Source of the DNA: Eledone cirrhosa
Taxonomy: Eukaryota
NCBI GenBank assembly: GCA_964016885.1
Contig: CAXHJY010001759.1
Span: 1 to 64,000, forward strand
Direction: 5' to 3'
DNA: 64,000 nucleotides
The position numbers and the translations under genes are program-made. The notes beneath the pieces were generated by a model. That model was given only the letters and a program-made list of their open reading frames with translations. It did not search any database and was not told where the DNA came from. This document shows positions 61,332 through 64,000 of this stretch, piece by piece (position 1 is the stretch's first letter; the number at the start of each line of letters is the position of its first letter).

Positions 61332-62384
61332 TGAATTTTATATAATACTAGTTCATTCTCCTTTGGGGACACACACACTCACAGCGAGCATAGTTTTTAT
61401 ACCACCCCCTTCTTCCCTTTTAGACATGCACACACACTTATTCACACAAAGCTTTATGTAAAAGTTGAAGCACTTTGATTTTTTTTTTTTCACTGTAGAA
61501 TTTTCACCATCCCCTTCCTTCATTTTACGAGTGGACTGACATGGGTGGACATGATTTGAATTTTATTTATTTATATATATATGAAAAGATTGAGGACCCT
61601 GACTGCTGAGCTAGCTGTCGAAACGGATGAAGCTCAGCCGTCGGGGTCCTGAATCTTTTCATATTACCCATTCTACTACCCCAAGTATTGAGTACACTGG
61701 TGGGTTTATGGTTCACCTGGTATTTTACCACATCATATCTGATATATCATCATCATCATCATTGTCATCGTTTAACGTCCATCTTCCACGCTTGCATGGG
61801 TTTGGACGGGAATTGTCCCACTTGAGGCAAGATTGGTTGTCTTGCTCGTATAGGACTGTCTGGCGGGTTTTCTATGGCTGGATGCCTTTCCTAACACCAA
61901 CCACGTTTACAGTGTGGACTGGGAGGTTTTTACCTTGTTACCTACGCAGCCACATTACAGCGTGGACTGTGTGTTTTTTTTGTTGTGACACCTACACGAC
62001 CTCATTTGTTTCGGACTGGATGTTGTGGTACCAACATAACTTTACATGGAAAGGGGTGGTGTGGATGGGTTAGGGGTAGTGGGACGGGGGGTGGGTTGTG
62101 TATTTTTGTTAGAGGTGCCTACTGACTGTAGGTTTCGCTTTGTACTTAGGCAAGGCGGGTCTACTGTATTACTGTGTGTATATATATATATATGAGTGAG
62201 AGAAAGAGAGGTGTGTGTATGTATGTAGTGAAGTAAAGTATATCTATAATGCAGAAACCAAGGAGACTACTTATCATGTGAGTACTCAATACATGGGGAG
62301 ATGTAGAGTGGGTATAGATATATGTAAAATCCGGACCACAGCGCTAAGCAGTTTCAGCTTGTGTGTCCAGCAAGCCTTTTAGTA

Positions 62385-62732
62385 TCATCATTCATCATCA
62401 TCATTTCATTTTACGTCCGCTTTTTCCCTGCTTGCAAGGGTGGGACGGGAACTGATGCTGGCTTGATTTCTACAGCTGGATGCCCTTCCTAACACCAACC
62501 TCATTTACAGTGAGTGCTTGGTGCTTTTTTGCTGTGGCACCTCCACGGCCACTTTGCAGTGGTATGATAGAGACCCCAGTCCCTATCATCTCATTTCTAC
62601 AGCTGAGTAAACTGGAGCAATGTGAAATAAAGTGTCTGGCTCAAGGAAACAACACATCACCCGGTCTGAGAATTGAACTCACAACCTTTCGATTGCAAGG
62701 CCAATGCTCTAACCACTGAGCCATGTGCCTCC
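62385..62732 (-). mobile_element. Full-length S2 SINE
   Basis: The tRNA head is at 62732 and the (GAT)n tail at 62385, matching 32155-32497. Confidence 0.82.
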
Positions 62733-63043
62733 ATTGTTATATATATATATATTAGGTATTAATTTAACAATGAAAATGAGAACAAAGTCAGGTTGTCTTA
62801 CTTATTCATATCATTGTTTTATGATCGTTTCGGAGGGTTGATCATATTGACATATTGACTGATCTACAGCAGTTATATAACTGTATATTATCAGACATCA
62901 TATATAGGTTTGATCAAACCATCTTAATATATACTTCAATATATATAGTAATAATAATAATAAATTTGAAGACTAAAATCCAAAGAGGGCTCGATAAGGA
63001 TAAATATATATCAGATATATAAGAACCGTAGAGCAAATATTTA

Positions 63044-63105
63044 TTTCACCCTTAACGGGATCTTCAGAAGATCCCGTTAAGAGTGAAAGCAGCAATTCTT
63101 TGCTT
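63044..63105. ncRNA. Family C hammerhead cores, head-to-head and overlapping at C3
   Basis: Minus 63044-63067 reads CTGAAGA-T-CCC-gttaa-GGG-T-GAAA. Plus 63065-63105 reads CAGAAGA-TCCCGTTAAGAGT-GAAA-GCA...TGC-TT. Confidence 0.6.
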
Positions 63106-63207
63106 AACTTTAATCTGTTATTTTAATAAATATATATATATATATAAAATAAAATGAGTAAGTAAAATATGTAAAATTTGGCTTCGTTTATTATAAATTA
63201 TAAATAT

Positions 63208-63262
63208 ACTGCTATATATATTTCTGTGACAGCTATTATTGGCTGTGACCTCTTCAGGCAGT
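63208..63262 (-). ncRNA. Type I hammerhead motif (family D), left arm
   Basis: Reverse complement of 63334-63388. Confidence 0.68.
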
Positions 63263-63333
63263 CCGAATTGGTGTGGAAAAGACAGGTACACACTTCAACA
63301 ACATGTGTATCTGTCTTTTGCACACCAATTCGG

Positions 63334-63388
63334 ACTGCCTGAAGAGGTCACAGCCAATAATAGCTGTCACAGAAATATATATAGCAGT
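63334..63388 (+). ncRNA. Type I hammerhead motif (family D)
   Basis: ACTGC-CTGAAGA-GGTCACAGC-caataata-GCTGTCACA-GAAA-TATATA-TA-GCAGT. Stem I is perfect, stem II has two mismatches and stem III is palindromic. Confidence 0.7.
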
Positions 63389-63629
63389 AAATTTATAATT
63401 TATAATAAACGAAGCCAAATTTTACATATTTGACTTACTTATTCTATTTTACATTACTCCGGAATAAACAAACCAACCTGTGTACTTCGTCGAGCGTTCC
63501 AATCTGCATACTGAGGTGTCGGTAAACAACCAACATATACTAAAAATATATGTATATATATATAAGTAGTAACACAACAGTTAGTTGACCATACCGAGAA
63601 CAATTGTTTCACCTTAAGCGGGTCCTCAT

Positions 63630-63670
63630 CCAAGCTGAGGATCCGCTCAAGGTGAAACAATTGTTCTCGG
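63630..63670 (+). ncRNA. Minimal hammerhead motif (family E)
   Basis: CCAAG-CTGAGGA-T-CC-gctcaa-GG-T-GAAA-CAATTG-TT-CTCGG. Stem I pairs at 4 of 5 positions, there is U.U at the base of stem II, and stem III is palindromic (AACAATTGTT). Confidence 0.65.
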
Positions 63671-64000
63671 TATGGTGAACTAACTGTTGCGTTACTACTT
63701 CTACCAAACTCGTCCCATGGACTCAGTCCTCTACTACTACGGATATTACCTTCCAGTGTTCTACCTTTACATATATATATACATATATATATATACTTCA
63801 ATGAAAATACAAGAAGGTTGGATTCCCAAATAAAGTTATTTGGGAATCCAACCGTCTTGTAAACCTTCTTGTAAATGTGGTTGGCGTTAAGAAGGGCATC
63901 CAGCAGTAGAAACCAAGTGAAAAACCATTCTTGTATGAGCAAGACGTGGTCATCTGACCTAGCTTGTCTCACAGTGGGACAACTGATCTAACTCATTCAT

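Overview
This is an AT-rich, microsatellite-saturated eukaryotic window. The SINE and repeat complement looks like an octopod cephalopod, which is an inference. The only recognisable host coding sequence is the first coding exon of Dishevelled (DIX-domain N-terminus, 26920-27080, + strand). I did not find exon 2, so the remaining ~37 kb is probably intron 1. The rest is simple repeats, minisatellites, two tRNA-derived SINE families, RTE- and CRE-like LINE remnants and several MITEs. Nearly all long ORFs in the ORF track are microsatellite artefacts. The main signal is a dense population of roughly ten different short non-coding elements carrying type I hammerhead ribozyme (HHR) motifs. They sit inside (AT)n tracts, often form inverted dimers whose turn-around point lies within the ribozyme, and several share a 3' ACTCTAC...TATTGAGTAC motif. 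Several also have a non-canonical U.U pair at the base of stem II. They resemble non-autonomous Penelope-like/retrozyme-like elements. All folds were read by eye, and catalytic activity is untested.
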